The notes: generated by a model not told the origin, from the letters alone. A stretch of DNA of 64,000 nucleotides from a bacterium (GCA_021158245.1 JAGGVB010000195.1:265-64264); one strand, 5' to 3'. Shown: positions 1-10,580, counted from the stretch's first letter. Numbers and translations are program-made.

Positions 1-357
1 GATTCTGATGAAAAAAGCGACGGTTTCAGCAGAGAAGCTGGTTATAGTGCAATGAAAAAACTTTTAATGCTTGGGGAAGAAAGGCCTACTGCTGTATTCG
101 TTTCAAGCGATATTCAGGCAGTCGGTGCAATGAAGGCCATACGTGAACATAAATTAACAGTTCCTGATGATATAGCTATAATCGGATTTGATGATATAGA
201 ATTTTCCGAGGCCATTGGATTAAGCACAATGAAACAGCCCATGTTTGAGATGGGGAAAATGGCTGTTGAAATACTTCTGCAGAGAATATCCGGACAAATA
301 TCCGGTGTTTTTCATAAAAAATTTATACCTGAACTTATAATTCGAGATACATGCTGA
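1..357 (+). CDS. LacI-family transcriptional regulator, C-terminal part (5' end outside window)
   Basis: Frame is open from base 1 (DSDEKSDGFSREAGYSAMKK); contains PTAVFVSSD..A.GAM, VPDDIAIIGFDD and LSTMKQP motifs of the LacI sugar-binding domain. Confidence 0.9.
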   Translation, partial: DSDEKSDGFSREAGYSAMKKLLMLGEERPTAVFVSSDIQAVGAMKAIREHKLTVPDDIAIIGFDDIEFSEAIGLSTMKQPMFEMGKMAVEILLQRISGQISGVFHKKFIPELIIRDTC

Positions 358-401
358 AGTAATTAATTTAAAATTTATTGCATTAAACAGGGGTATGACT
401 A

Positions 402-3400
402 ATGAAAAAAAGATATGCGTTGCTTTTTTCATCCCTTCTTTCGATTCTGATTATTTTAACATCTACCCACTATTTAATTGCCGGAACAACCGGCAAAGTA
501 AGAGGAATAATTACTGACGGGACAACGGGACAGCCTTTGATCGGCGCAAATATTATACTGGAAAATACCTTTCTCGGCGCAGCAGCTAATTTAAAGGGAG
601 AGTACTATATAATTAATGTACCGCCGGGAATTTATACTATCCGTGCAACTATGATGGGCTATAAATCTCTTAGAATACAAAATGTCAGGGTTTCGGTTGA
701 CTTGACTACTACAATAAATATTTCTATGAATCCTGCAGTAGTTGAAACAGGGAAAAGCGTTACTATTGTAGCAAAGAGAGAAATGGTTGTAAAAGATTTA
801 ACCGCTTCCACGGCTGTTGTTGATGCAGCTGCAATGAGGTCTCTTCCAATCTCTGAGGTTTCAGAAGCTGTTCAACTGCAGGCAGGAATTGTTCGTGATG
901 CAGGAGGCGGGCTTCATGTACGCGGGGGCAGGAGCGGAGAAGTAAGTTACTGGATAGACGGAGTTCCCGTAACAGATGTTTATGACGGCAGTTCTGTGGT
1001 TGAAGTAAATAAAGACATGGTTCAGGAACTGCAGGTTGTAAGCGGAGCCTTTAATGCCGAATATGGGCAGGCGATGTCAGGTATAGTTAATATAACAACT
1101 AAACAGGGAAATAATAAATTCGGAGGCTCTTTCACTTCTTATATTGGCGATCACATTAGCAGTCATGAATCAATATTCATGGGTATTAACGATATTAATC
1201 CCCTTGCTCTGAAAAATATCGAAGCAAGTATCCACGGCCCGATTGTCAAAGATAAAATATTTTTCTATGTGAATGCACGTTCATACAGATCAGACGGATG
1301 GCTTTATGGTAAACGCAAATACAATCCGGAAGCTTCAACAATTGCAATGCAGGGGATCAATGGTGACTGGCTGGAAGAAAACGCCCCTGACTATTTTGCC
1401 TCCAGTAAAGTTACAGACCCCGTGAATAATCTTCGTGGTTTCCAGTATATTTTGGGTACTAACAGGCAAATTGATTCTCTTGTCACATGGCAGATGCTGC
1501 CGGACTCCAAAAGAACTGTTCCTGACAGTTTCTACACTTATTACAACATGCTTAGAAATAATCATAAAAACGGTAAAGGCGACGGAGCCTATGTACCCAT
1601 GAACTGGAATAAAAAATTCTATGCACAGGCAAAATTGATTTACAGAATTACTCCGTCTTTGCGGTTAACGTATAATTTTATATATGATAATGTCCGATAC
1701 AATGACTATGAGAGAGATTTTCTGCTTAATCCTGACGGCGCAACAAGTAAATTCCGTGTCGGAGAAACACATATTGTGCAGTTGGTCCATACAATAAGCA
1801 ACAGGACATTTTACAAAATAGCTTTCTCTCATTATACAAAAGGATTTAAAAGGTATCTCTACGAAGACATGCATGACCCCGGATATGTTCATCCTGATTT
1901 TTCTCTGCAGCAGGCTTATTCATTTAAAACAGGAGGAACATCTAATACTAATTTCCAAAGAGAAACAGGAACATCTGTTCTCAAAGGAGATCTGACAAGC
2001 CAGATTACTAATACGCACCAGATAAAAACAGGTGTTGAATACAGGGTGTATAAAGTATCTCAACAGGATATCTCTTTAAGGCCCTCTGTTAATCAGTCTC
2101 AGATAGACCTTGTTTTTGACAACCCGTATATAAAGACACGCGTAATGCCTGACAGTACAATTTATTCAAGCAGATATGTTCATCATCCAAAAGCTATATC
2201 CGCTTATATTCAGGATAAGATGGAATTTAAAGATATGATTGTAAATATCGGTGTCAGATTCGACTATTTTTCTCCTGACGGAGTTGTACTTAATGATGAA
2301 AGCGATCCGACTATTACAAATCCTATACGTGCTGAAAACAGATATCACGATTGGGGAAGTGACGGAGTGCCCAACACTCACGATGCTGACGGTACGGAAG
2401 GCAACGGAATATGGGATGCAGGAGAACCTGCAGTCACTATCTCAGAGAGGGAAAATTATTGGTACGGCAGAGCAAAAAGCAAGTTTCAGGTTAGTCCCCG
2501 TATAGGCTTTTCATTCCCTATTACCGAAGGGGGAGTTATCCATTTTTCCTACGGCCACTTTTTCCAGGTACCAAGGTTTGAGCTGCTTTATCAGAACCCT
2601 GATTTTGAGCTCGGATCAGGAACGGGTAATGTAGGAATTATAGGCAATGCAGACCTTGAGCCGGAGCAGACCATCAGCGGAGAGCTGGGGATTCAGCAGA
2701 TGCTGAGTGATGATATAGCTTTATCCTTAACCGGTTATTTTCGCGATGTGAGGAACCTTACAGGAACAAGGGCTAAGGAGATAGTACTTTTCGGAGGAGC
2801 TGCAAAGTACAGTAAATTCATCAACAGTGATTTCGGATTTATCAGAGGTATTGTTGTGGCTCTTGATAAAAGATTCTCAAATAAGTTCAGTGCGTCAGTT
2901 GATTATACCATGCAGATTGCAAAAGGCACTAATTCAGATCCTGATCAGGCACGGAATGCGCTTGCAGGCGGAACCCTTCCTGAAGTTCAGCTTACTTCTT
3001 TAAACTGGGATCAGAAACATACTGTTAATGCATCTTTTTCATACAGTGATAAGAACTGGGGTTTCAGCCTTCTCGGGCAGTGGGGAAGCGGATTTCCATA
3101 CACACCGAGAGCTACTACAGACATATCCACCCTTCTTACAAACAGCGAGAGAAAACCGGGAACGTACAATGTTGATTTAAGGGCTTACAGGGATTTCAAA
3201 ATAGGATCAGGTAAATTGACTCTGTTTATGAGAGTTTTCAATCTGTTTGATACTTTAAATGAGCTTAATGTATACAATGATACAGGCCGCGCAGGATTTA
3301 CTACAGATGAATTAACAGCAGCATCAACCAATCCTTCGCAGTATATAAATTCTCTTAATCAATGGTTTACAAATGCAGCATTTTATTCTCAGCCGAGAAG

Positions 3401-3431
3401 AGTTGAGATAGGGTTTACATATTCTTTTTAG
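402..3431 (+). CDS. TonB-dependent receptor (carboxypeptidase-regulatory-like N-domain, plug, barrel)
   Basis: Signal peptide; GKVRGIITD..TGQPLIGANI; plug LHVRGGRSGEVSYWIDGVPV; GNADLEPEQT; C-terminal Phe (GFTYSF). Confidence 0.92.
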   Translation: MKKRYALLFSSLLSILIILTSTHYLIAGTTGKVRGIITDGTTGQPLIGANIILENTFLGAAANLKGEYYIINVPPGIYTIRATMMGYKSLRIQNVRVSVDLTTTINISMNPAVVETGKSVTIVAKREMVVKDLTASTAVVDAAAMRSLPISEVSEAVQLQAGIVRDAGGGLHVRGGRSGEVSYWIDGVPVTDVYDGSSVVEVNKDMVQELQVVSGAFNAEYGQAMSGIVNITTKQGNNKFGGSFTSYIGDHISSHESIFMGINDINPLALKNIEASIHGPIVKDKIFFYVNARSYRSDGWLYGKRKYNPEASTIAMQGINGDWLEENAPDYFASSKVTDPVNNLRGFQYILGTNRQIDSLVTWQMLPDSKRTVPDSFYTYYNMLRNNHKNGKGDGAYVPMNWNKKFYAQAKLIYRITPSLRLTYNFIYDNVRYNDYERDFLLNPDGATSKFRVGETHIVQLVHTISNRTFYKIAFSHYTKGFKRYLYEDMHDPGYVHPDFSLQQAYSFKTGGTSNTNFQRETGTSVLKGDLTSQITNTHQIKTGVEYRVYKVSQQDISLRPSVNQSQIDLVFDNPYIKTRVMPDSTIYSSRYVHHPKAISAYIQDKMEFKDMIVNIGVRFDYFSPDGVVLNDESDPTITNPIRAENRYHDWGSDGVPNTHDADGTEGNGIWDAGEPAVTISERENYWYGRAKSKFQVSPRIGFSFPITEGGVIHFSYGHFFQVPRFELLYQNPDFELGSGTGNVGIIGNADLEPEQTISGELGIQQMLSDDIALSLTGYFRDVRNLTGTRAKEIVLFGGAAKYSKFINSDFGFIRGIVVALDKRFSNKFSASVDYTMQIAKGTNSDPDQARNALAGGTLPEVQLTSLNWDQKHTVNASFSYSDKNWGFSLLGQWGSGFPYTPRATTDISTLLTNSERKPGTYNVDLRAYRDFKIGSGKLTLFMRVFNLFDTLNELNVYNDTGRAGFTTDELTAASTNPSQYINSLNQWFTNAAFYSQPRRVEIGFTYSF

Positions 3432-3446
3432 TACGGAGTTTATATA

Positions 3447-6400
3447 ATGAATAAAATATTAAACAGAACCATTATTGTACTCTTGTTACTCTCTTTCAGT
3501 TCGATATTTGCCCAAAGCGGGAGGCAATACAGGCGTTCTTCAGTAATGCGCGGGAATTTGGTGAAGACTGTATTTGGTAACTGGGGAGTAATCGGACAGC
3601 CTGCCGAGAAAGGCGACAGAGGGGCCTGGATTTATGACAACGACGGCTACATAGGAGACGTAAGCCCTTTGGTTGGTGCTGAAGTTGTTTCACAGGATAA
3701 GACATTCCACTCTGTTGTTGTATGCCCCGTTGACAGGCCGACAAAACAGCATGAGTTGTCGCCATCGGGGCAGTATTGGGGATTTGAACCTGTTGCAGGA
3801 TATATCAATGAAGGGAAAGAAGGCGTTTCGCTTTTCAGTGATCCTGCTTCATGGCCGAGTCTTTGGCCTGATAAAATGAACGATCCTGAAGATGCAGGCT
3901 GGCCGGGTTCATGGAATGGCTTTTTCGGAAAAACTACAACAGCATCTGAAGAGTGTTATTTTGTAATGGATGACAATAACGATCAGGAATTTAATTATTC
4001 TGAAAATAATAAATGGCATGTGGCATTTAAGCCTGATGCGGCTGATCCGTCCAGAAATGGATTGGGGCTCGTTGTAAAAGTCCGTGCGATGCAGTGGTCG
4101 GATTTTTTGGCTCAGGATTGTATTTTCTGGCTTTATGAAATAACAAACACAAGTACAACAGATTACAGTAAAGTTGTTTTCGGTATGCTTGTAGGCACAT
4201 ATGTGGGAGTAACATCTACTGAAAATTACAATGAATATGATGACGACTATTCATTTTTTGATGTTCAGAATGATTTGACTTTTACTGCAGATTATGATGA
4301 CAACTGCAGCAGAAATCCGCGCTGGGTTGGAGATGTTGGAGTCGTAGGTTATGCATTTCTCGAAAGTCCAGGCAATCCTTACGACGGAATAGACAATGAC
4401 CATGACTCTGACAGCAATCCTTATATACACGGCACAGGCCCGTTTTTCTCTGAGGATGATTTTAAGAGCAGTGTAATCATGCCTGGTGACAAAGTTGTTC
4501 TTATTGACGATAACTACAACAGAACAGTAGTGGAAGTGCCAAACTATGATACTACTTTTGTAACAAGAGGTACAACAACAGGCCAGCATGCAGCAATTAG
4601 TATAGTACCGGGGGAGACTGAACTTGCTGAAGGTAATGTGATTTTTAAGGACGGGAAGCAATCCATTAATCCCAATGCCTACGATGGAATAGATAATGAT
4701 CTTGACGGACTGATAGATGAAAATTATTATCTTCATTACAGGCAGATCAGGAAGGATCAAAAAGGGCATACTCTGATTGATATATTGAGCCCTGTACGCC
4801 ACAAGGACTATATCAATGGAATAGGTGTGAATGATCCCTTGATTGATGAAAGACGCGATGACGGTATTGACAATGATGGTGACTGGAACTCCGAGTATGA
4901 CGATGTGGGAGCAGACGGGATTATGGGTACAAACGACAGGGGAGAAGGAGACGGTATCCCCACTCCCGGAGAGCCCAATTTTGATCAGACGGATGTTGAT
5001 GAATCAGATCAGATCGGCCTTACAAGTTTTGAATATTTTACTCCGTCAAATGATTTTTCAATGGCTGATGATGAGGATTTATGGAAACGTCTTTCTCCCG
5101 GGCATTTTGAAGTACCTGAATCAATAGTTAACAATAAACCTCAGCGGGGTGAGGACGGAGACTTTTTTTACGGCTCAGGATACTTTCCTCTCAGGGCAGG
5201 AGAGACTCAGCGGTTTTCTCTTGCACTTGTTTACGGTGATGGCGGCGGGCCTGATATGGATATTACTGATTTAATGAACAATAGAAAAACAGTTCAGAAA
5301 ATATACGATAGTGATTATAGATTCCCGCCTGCCCCGGATAAACCGAAACTGAAGATTGTACCCGGAGATGGGAAGGTAACTCTTTACTGGGACAGAAAAT
5401 CCGAAGAATCTTATGATCCTGTTTTGCATGAATATGATTTTGAGGGTTACAAAATATACAAAGCTACTGACCATAATTTCAATGAAGTATTTGATGTAAC
5501 AGATGCAAGCGGTACTAAAATATCGTACAAACCTCTTGCCCAGTTTGATGTAAAAGATGAGTATGAGGGGTATTTCAGAGCAGGTGAAGATTTATTCCAG
5601 CAGAGCAAAGGAGCATCTTTTTATCTTGGTGAAAACAGCGGTTTAAAGCACAGTTTCGTTGATACTGATGTTGAAAACGGGAGACGGTATTTCTATGCTG
5701 TTGTGTCTTATGACAGAGGAAATGAAGAAACAAATATTTTCCCCAAAGAGTGTGACAAACGAATTGATGTCCTGCCCTCAGGAGAAGTAAAAACATTTCA
5801 GAATACAGCTGTTGTTATTCCAAATGCACCTGTAATTGGTTATAAACCTCCTGACGGCAGTGTTAAAATAAATTCAGATAATATCATCGGCACAGGATCT
5901 GTTTATTATAAGGTTGTTGATGAAGAAGCTTTGACGGGGCATAAATACAGAATTGAATTTTTTGATACTTCGGATGACGGAATTGACAATAATGATAATT
6001 GGGATCAGACTAAAGACGACGTGGGAACGGACGGTATTCCAAATTCAAATGACACAGACGATACCGAAAATAATGGTTTACCTGATTCAGGAGAGCCCAA
6101 TCTGGATTATTTCGATGCAGCCGAATACTTTGTACCAATTACCACATCTTATTCAGTTCGCGATTTGACCGGATTAACAGAGTTGTTTTACAGCAAGGAC
6201 ACTCTTTATGTAAGGCTGGCTCATAAACATTTAATAAAAAGTTCTGTAAAAGTTACAAATCAGAACGGTGAGGATGTCCCTGATAGTAAATTAAATATTG
6301 ATTATGTGAATGGAAAAATACGCGGCAAAAATAACGGTGATTTACTTTATGGAGAAAGCTATTCTATTACTTACCAATACTACCCTGTATACAGAAGCCT

Positions 6401-7301
6401 GTATATGGAAAAGAGCCCATATGCAGGGGAAACAAAGGATACATATAACTTCGATGGAATTTTCCTCTCTTTCCAGAATGAGTGGAATGTTATACTTGAT
6501 ACTTTAGCATCAGAATGGAGTACTCCGAACAAAGGCTATAATTTTACGGTAAATATAATTGATACATATTTCGGTTCAGAACATTTGCTTGGGTTAAGAC
6601 ATCCTTCCGATTATCAGATTATTTTTAATGATGCAATTGTAGATACTTCTCTTGAAATGACAAAGTATTTTGTAAAACCGATTCCGGTTAATTTCCGCAT
6701 CTGGAATAAGACTGACCGGAAGTTTATTGATTTTATCTATAATGATACTGACAGAAATCAGGTTCTTTCTCCTTATGATGAACTGATATTTGTAGAGGGA
6801 TATGAACCTGGTAAGACATTTTTTACATGGGATATATTTTTTACAAGCCTCACTGATACTACATACTCCTTTGGTACAGGAGATACCTTAACTATCAAAA
6901 TAAAAAAACCGTTCAGAGCCGGAGATATTTTTGAATTCAGTACTGAAACACCGAGTATTGATAATTCAGTTGCATCCAGTCAAATGGATGAGATAAAAGT
7001 CGTACCCAATCCTTATGTTTCTGCAACTGCCCATGAACTGCCTTTACCGCCTGCAATAACCAGCGGGCGCGGTGAAAGAAAAATAGATTTTATACATCTT
7101 CCTGTGAATTCAAAGGTCCATATATTCACTGCAATGGGTGAGCATGTAATTACTCTTGAACAGGACGGTTCAATGTTTAACGGCACTTTATCCTGGAATC
7201 TTAAAACAAAAGAGAATCTTGATGTTGCTTCAGGTATTTATTTTTACGTTGTAGAATCTCCTGCAGGAGTTAAGCGCGGGAAATTGGGAATAATTAAATA
7301 A
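3447..7301 (+). CDS. Large secreted protein with acidic DGIDND/GEP repeats, FN3-like segment and T9SS-like C-terminal domain
   Basis: SPI-type signal; repeated YDGIDND motifs; PPAPDKPKLKIVPGDGKVTLYWD; C-terminus IKVVPNPY...WNLKTKENLDVASGIYFYVVE. Confidence 0.8.
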   Translation: MNKILNRTIIVLLLLSFSSIFAQSGRQYRRSSVMRGNLVKTVFGNWGVIGQPAEKGDRGAWIYDNDGYIGDVSPLVGAEVVSQDKTFHSVVVCPVDRPTKQHELSPSGQYWGFEPVAGYINEGKEGVSLFSDPASWPSLWPDKMNDPEDAGWPGSWNGFFGKTTTASEECYFVMDDNNDQEFNYSENNKWHVAFKPDAADPSRNGLGLVVKVRAMQWSDFLAQDCIFWLYEITNTSTTDYSKVVFGMLVGTYVGVTSTENYNEYDDDYSFFDVQNDLTFTADYDDNCSRNPRWVGDVGVVGYAFLESPGNPYDGIDNDHDSDSNPYIHGTGPFFSEDDFKSSVIMPGDKVVLIDDNYNRTVVEVPNYDTTFVTRGTTTGQHAAISIVPGETELAEGNVIFKDGKQSINPNAYDGIDNDLDGLIDENYYLHYRQIRKDQKGHTLIDILSPVRHKDYINGIGVNDPLIDERRDDGIDNDGDWNSEYDDVGADGIMGTNDRGEGDGIPTPGEPNFDQTDVDESDQIGLTSFEYFTPSNDFSMADDEDLWKRLSPGHFEVPESIVNNKPQRGEDGDFFYGSGYFPLRAGETQRFSLALVYGDGGGPDMDITDLMNNRKTVQKIYDSDYRFPPAPDKPKLKIVPGDGKVTLYWDRKSEESYDPVLHEYDFEGYKIYKATDHNFNEVFDVTDASGTKISYKPLAQFDVKDEYEGYFRAGEDLFQQSKGASFYLGENSGLKHSFVDTDVENGRRYFYAVVSYDRGNEETNIFPKECDKRIDVLPSGEVKTFQNTAVVIPNAPVIGYKPPDGSVKINSDNIIGTGSVYYKVVDEEALTGHKYRIEFFDTSDDGIDNNDNWDQTKDDVGTDGIPNSNDTDDTENNGLPDSGEPNLDYFDAAEYFVPITTSYSVRDLTGLTELFYSKDTLYVRLAHKHLIKSSVKVTNQNGEDVPDSKLNIDYVNGKIRGKNNGDLLYGESYSITYQYYPVYRSLYMEKSPYAGETKDTYNFDGIFLSFQNEWNVILDTLASEWSTPNKGYNFTVNIIDTYFGSEHLLGLRHPSDYQIIFNDAIVDTSLEMTKYFVKPIPVNFRIWNKTDRKFIDFIYNDTDRNQVLSPYDELIFVEGYEPGKTFFTWDIFFTSLTDTTYSFGTGDTLTIKIKKPFRAGDIFEFSTETPSIDNSVASSQMDEIKVVPNPYVSATAHELPLPPAITSGRGERKIDFIHLPVNSKVHIFTAMGEHVITLEQDGSMFNGTLSWNLKTKENLDVASGIYFYVVESPAGVKRGKLGIIK

Positions 7302-7331
7302 TCGGTTATGTCAGATAACCCGGAGATATCC

Positions 7332-8360
7332 ATGCAAAATAAGATAAAAAAAATAACTTTCTTGCTTGTGATTCTGGCCGGAAGCCTTGCAGTGCAGAAA
7401 ATTGAAGCACAGTCAAAAGTGGGTACTTCATCAGCAGCGTTTCTTGGGATTGGAATTGGTTCACGTGCTGCTGCAATGGGAGGCGCTTTTACAGCATTAG
7501 CAAATGATGCATCTGCTTTGTATTATAATCCGGGCGGTATTGCGAGGATGGGAAAATCCCAGTTTGTTTTTTCTCATACTAACTGGATTGTTGATACAAA
7601 TCTGAACTGGATTGGCCTGGTAATTAAACTTGACAATTCCAATGCTGTCGGTTTGAGTATTACACAGCTTGATTACGGCCAGGAGGAAGTGACAAATGTT
7701 TATCATCCTGAGGGAACAGGTGAGATGTGGACAGCAAAAGACCTTGTTCTTGCTCTTTCATACAGCCGTTTGCTGACTGACAGATTTTCAATAGGCGGCA
7801 GTGCAAAATACATTCAGCAAAAACTCTGGAATGAATCGGCATCAGCATTCGCCATTGATGTAGGGCTGCTTTTTATTACTGATTTTAAGGACATGAAGAT
7901 AGGCATGAGTATTTCAAATTTTGGTAATGATATGCGAATGCAGGGAAAGGATCTTTTAAAGAGAATTGATATTGATCCTGATCATTTGGGAGATAACGAA
8001 ACCATTGTAGGGAATCTGAAAACCAATTCATGGCCTCTTCCCCTGTTTTTCCGCGTAGGCGTATCAATGGATGTTGTCAAAATCGCAAGGAACAAAATTA
8101 CATTAGCAGCAGATGCGTTCCGTCCAAGCAATAACTCCGGAAGTGTTAATGTCGGCGGAGAGTTTTCGTTTAATAATATGTTTTTCCTGAGAGGCGGGTA
8201 TAAATCTTTGTTTATGAAAAAAACAGAAGAGGGGTTTACAGCAGGTATTGGAGTAAATGTCCCTATGTCCGGCGGATATACATGGTGCGTTGATTATACT
8301 TATATGGATTTTGGAGTTTTTGAAAATATAAAAATGATTTCAGCATCAGTAAAATTTTAA
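7332..8360 (+). CDS. PorV/PorQ-family (FadL-like) outer-membrane beta-barrel
   Basis: GTSSAAFLGIGIGSRAAAMGGAFTALANDASALYYNPGG hallmark N-terminus; ends in Phe; ATG 7332 follows GGAG (ORF track starts at 7308). Confidence 0.85.
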   Translation: MQNKIKKITFLLVILAGSLAVQKIEAQSKVGTSSAAFLGIGIGSRAAAMGGAFTALANDASALYYNPGGIARMGKSQFVFSHTNWIVDTNLNWIGLVIKLDNSNAVGLSITQLDYGQEEVTNVYHPEGTGEMWTAKDLVLALSYSRLLTDRFSIGGSAKYIQQKLWNESASAFAIDVGLLFITDFKDMKIGMSISNFGNDMRMQGKDLLKRIDIDPDHLGDNETIVGNLKTNSWPLPLFFRVGVSMDVVKIARNKITLAADAFRPSNNSGSVNVGGEFSFNNMFFLRGGYKSLFMKKTEEGFTAGIGVNVPMSGGYTWCVDYTYMDFGVFENIKMISASVKF

Positions 8361-8446
8361 GGTTTTTTCAGGAGGGAGGTGAGAAATTCAAATTAATACG
8401 TGGTTTATATGAAAACAGGGGAATTTGACAATTTAGGAGGTAGGAA

Positions 8447-10504
8447 ATGAAAAGATTTACTCTTTTGGCAGTTTTAGTCTTACTGCTTGCAGTTGCTGCT
8501 CTTAATGCACAAACCGTGAATGTTACTTTTCTGGTAAATACAGCAGCCGTACCAGATACATTAGGTCCGAATTCTGTTGTACAATTAAGAGGAAGCGGCG
8601 GAGATTTAACATGGGATGGCGGCTCAGCGATTTTTCTCCATAATGTCGGGGGAGATTACTGGCAGGGTACGTATGCTTTTCCTGCGAACACAACAATTGA
8701 ATACAAATTCTATACTAACGCGGAACATGATACTGTATATGCGGGAGCAGGATGGGAGCATCAAGGCTGGGAAGGCGATCTGGCAGGAGGTAATCGTCAA
8801 TTAGTACTTGGTGGTGTTGACACTACATTAGACCTCCAGTTTGTAAATGGCTGGAAGCAGGGAGCAACACAGTTCGAAGCGCCTTATGAAACAAATGATA
8901 CTACTGCTGTCGTATATGTTCGAGTAAATATGCAGGGATGGGATGATTTTAATCCGAATACTCAGGTAATAGGATTACGAGGATCAAATACAAGTGATTG
9001 GGGAGAAACCGGGGATATTTCCTGGGGTACCACATATCCGTTAACAAGAGAAACAAATCATGTTAATGGCGGCAGCCAGAGATATTCAGGAGGCTATTTT
9101 TACTCAGGAGCTGTTCATGTGCCCAATACATATATTGGAGGAAGTATTCAATACAAAGTAGTTGTTCACAATGCAGGTGCTGATTTGAGCGAGGACTGGG
9201 GAAATATGGTGTATAACTCGGATCATCAGGATGTTGTGCGTGTCAGTGCAGATGATACGACTGCTCACTGGTTCTGGTTTGATGATCATAAACCAATTAT
9301 AGTGAATCATCAGGATACTGTAATTGTTAATTTCCAGGCAGATATGAGCAAAGCAATTACAAACCGCGGATTTGCTTACGGCGATACAATTGAAGTCAGG
9401 TCCGGTTACTTTGGAACAGCGTCAGCGGTTAGTATTAAACAAATGGTACGCCAGGGATTTACAAATATTTATGCTGCAACTGATACAATTATTAGTTCAG
9501 TCGGGTCTGACCTGGATTATCAGTATTATCTGATTAAGAACGGTATTGAATACAGAGAGGTTTATTATAACTTCTACTATGCAGGACAGACTACAGGTGA
9601 GGCAGAAAGAAGAGCTGCTGATATAAGTTCAAAATCTCTGACAGTACAGGATATTTCCGATAGTCAGACAGACCTGCACAGAATGCCGCTTTTCAGAAAC
9701 ACTCAGACTTTAAGCCAGGACGTACTTGTTACATTTACATGCGATGTGCGGCCTGCTATTTATCAGCTCAAAGCCGGTGCTACTCTTGATGATATTCAGG
9801 GAAACCTTGATATATCAGACCCGGATTCTGTAATGATCCTTGGAGCTGCTATCAACGGCCCTGCAAGCGGCGGCTGGGGGACATGGGGCCCCGGCCTTAT
9901 GTCAGATGCAGCTCATCAGATGTTTGATGACGGCACTAATGGCGATGCTGTTGCCGGGGATAGTATTTTTACTCTCCAGATTCAATTCTACAAAGATAGC
10001 ACAAATAATGTCATAGGCCAGGAATTCAAGTTTGGAATCGGCGGCGGTGATAATGAAGGCGGTAAAGGCGGATACGGAAATAATCATATTGAAAATATTG
10101 ACGATACTCAGAATACCTATACCATTGCTTCGCAGTTCGGAAGCATTAATCCTGCCTTCTACAGTGCATGGGATTATGATAATCAGGGCCCGTCAACTGG
10201 TGTTGAAGAAGATGGAATAGTGCCGTATGTTTTCTCTCTGCAGAACAACTATCCTAATCCGTTCAATCCCGAAACAACAATAAGATATACTTTGGGATCA
10301 GCGGAAAAGGTTAATCTTGCTGTTTACGACATGCTGGGGCGCAAGATTGCTACATTAGTCAATGCAAACCAGAAAGCAGGAGCATATACAGTTCGCTGGA
10401 CAGGTAAAGATGATGCAGGAAGGAGTGCAAGTTCAGGAATGTATATATACCGCATTGAAGCAGGAAGCTTCAAAGTTTCGCACAAGATGGTATTGATGAA
10501 ATAG
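8447..10504 (+). CDS. Non-catalytic T9SS-sorted protein with tandem CBM20-like domains (putative glucan-binding protein)
   Basis: Domain 1 has CBM20-like W..A..L....YW...IEYKF...WE....NR; four repeated V.V.F..D/N domain starts; FDDGTNGDAVAGDSIFT motif; CTD LQNNYPNPFNPETTIRY...SSGMYIYRI. Confidence 0.75.
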   Translation: MKRFTLLAVLVLLLAVAALNAQTVNVTFLVNTAAVPDTLGPNSVVQLRGSGGDLTWDGGSAIFLHNVGGDYWQGTYAFPANTTIEYKFYTNAEHDTVYAGAGWEHQGWEGDLAGGNRQLVLGGVDTTLDLQFVNGWKQGATQFEAPYETNDTTAVVYVRVNMQGWDDFNPNTQVIGLRGSNTSDWGETGDISWGTTYPLTRETNHVNGGSQRYSGGYFYSGAVHVPNTYIGGSIQYKVVVHNAGADLSEDWGNMVYNSDHQDVVRVSADDTTAHWFWFDDHKPIIVNHQDTVIVNFQADMSKAITNRGFAYGDTIEVRSGYFGTASAVSIKQMVRQGFTNIYAATDTIISSVGSDLDYQYYLIKNGIEYREVYYNFYYAGQTTGEAERRAADISSKSLTVQDISDSQTDLHRMPLFRNTQTLSQDVLVTFTCDVRPAIYQLKAGATLDDIQGNLDISDPDSVMILGAAINGPASGGWGTWGPGLMSDAAHQMFDDGTNGDAVAGDSIFTLQIQFYKDSTNNVIGQEFKFGIGGGDNEGGKGGYGNNHIENIDDTQNTYTIASQFGSINPAFYSAWDYDNQGPSTGVEEDGIVPYVFSLQNNYPNPFNPETTIRYTLGSAEKVNLAVYDMLGRKIATLVNANQKAGAYTVRWTGKDDAGRSASSGMYIYRIEAGSFKVSHKMVLMK

Positions 10505-10545
10505 GCTGGATTTAATTATTCGCTTAAATTAAAATCCGATCAGAT

Positions 10546-10580
10546 AACAGGGGAGGGATGAAATTCTCTCCCCTGTTTTA
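10546..10580 (+). terminator. Intrinsic terminator-like hairpin inside the glucan locus
   Basis: AACAGGGGAGGGA-TGAAAT-TCTCTCCCCTGTT followed by TT. Confidence 0.75.
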
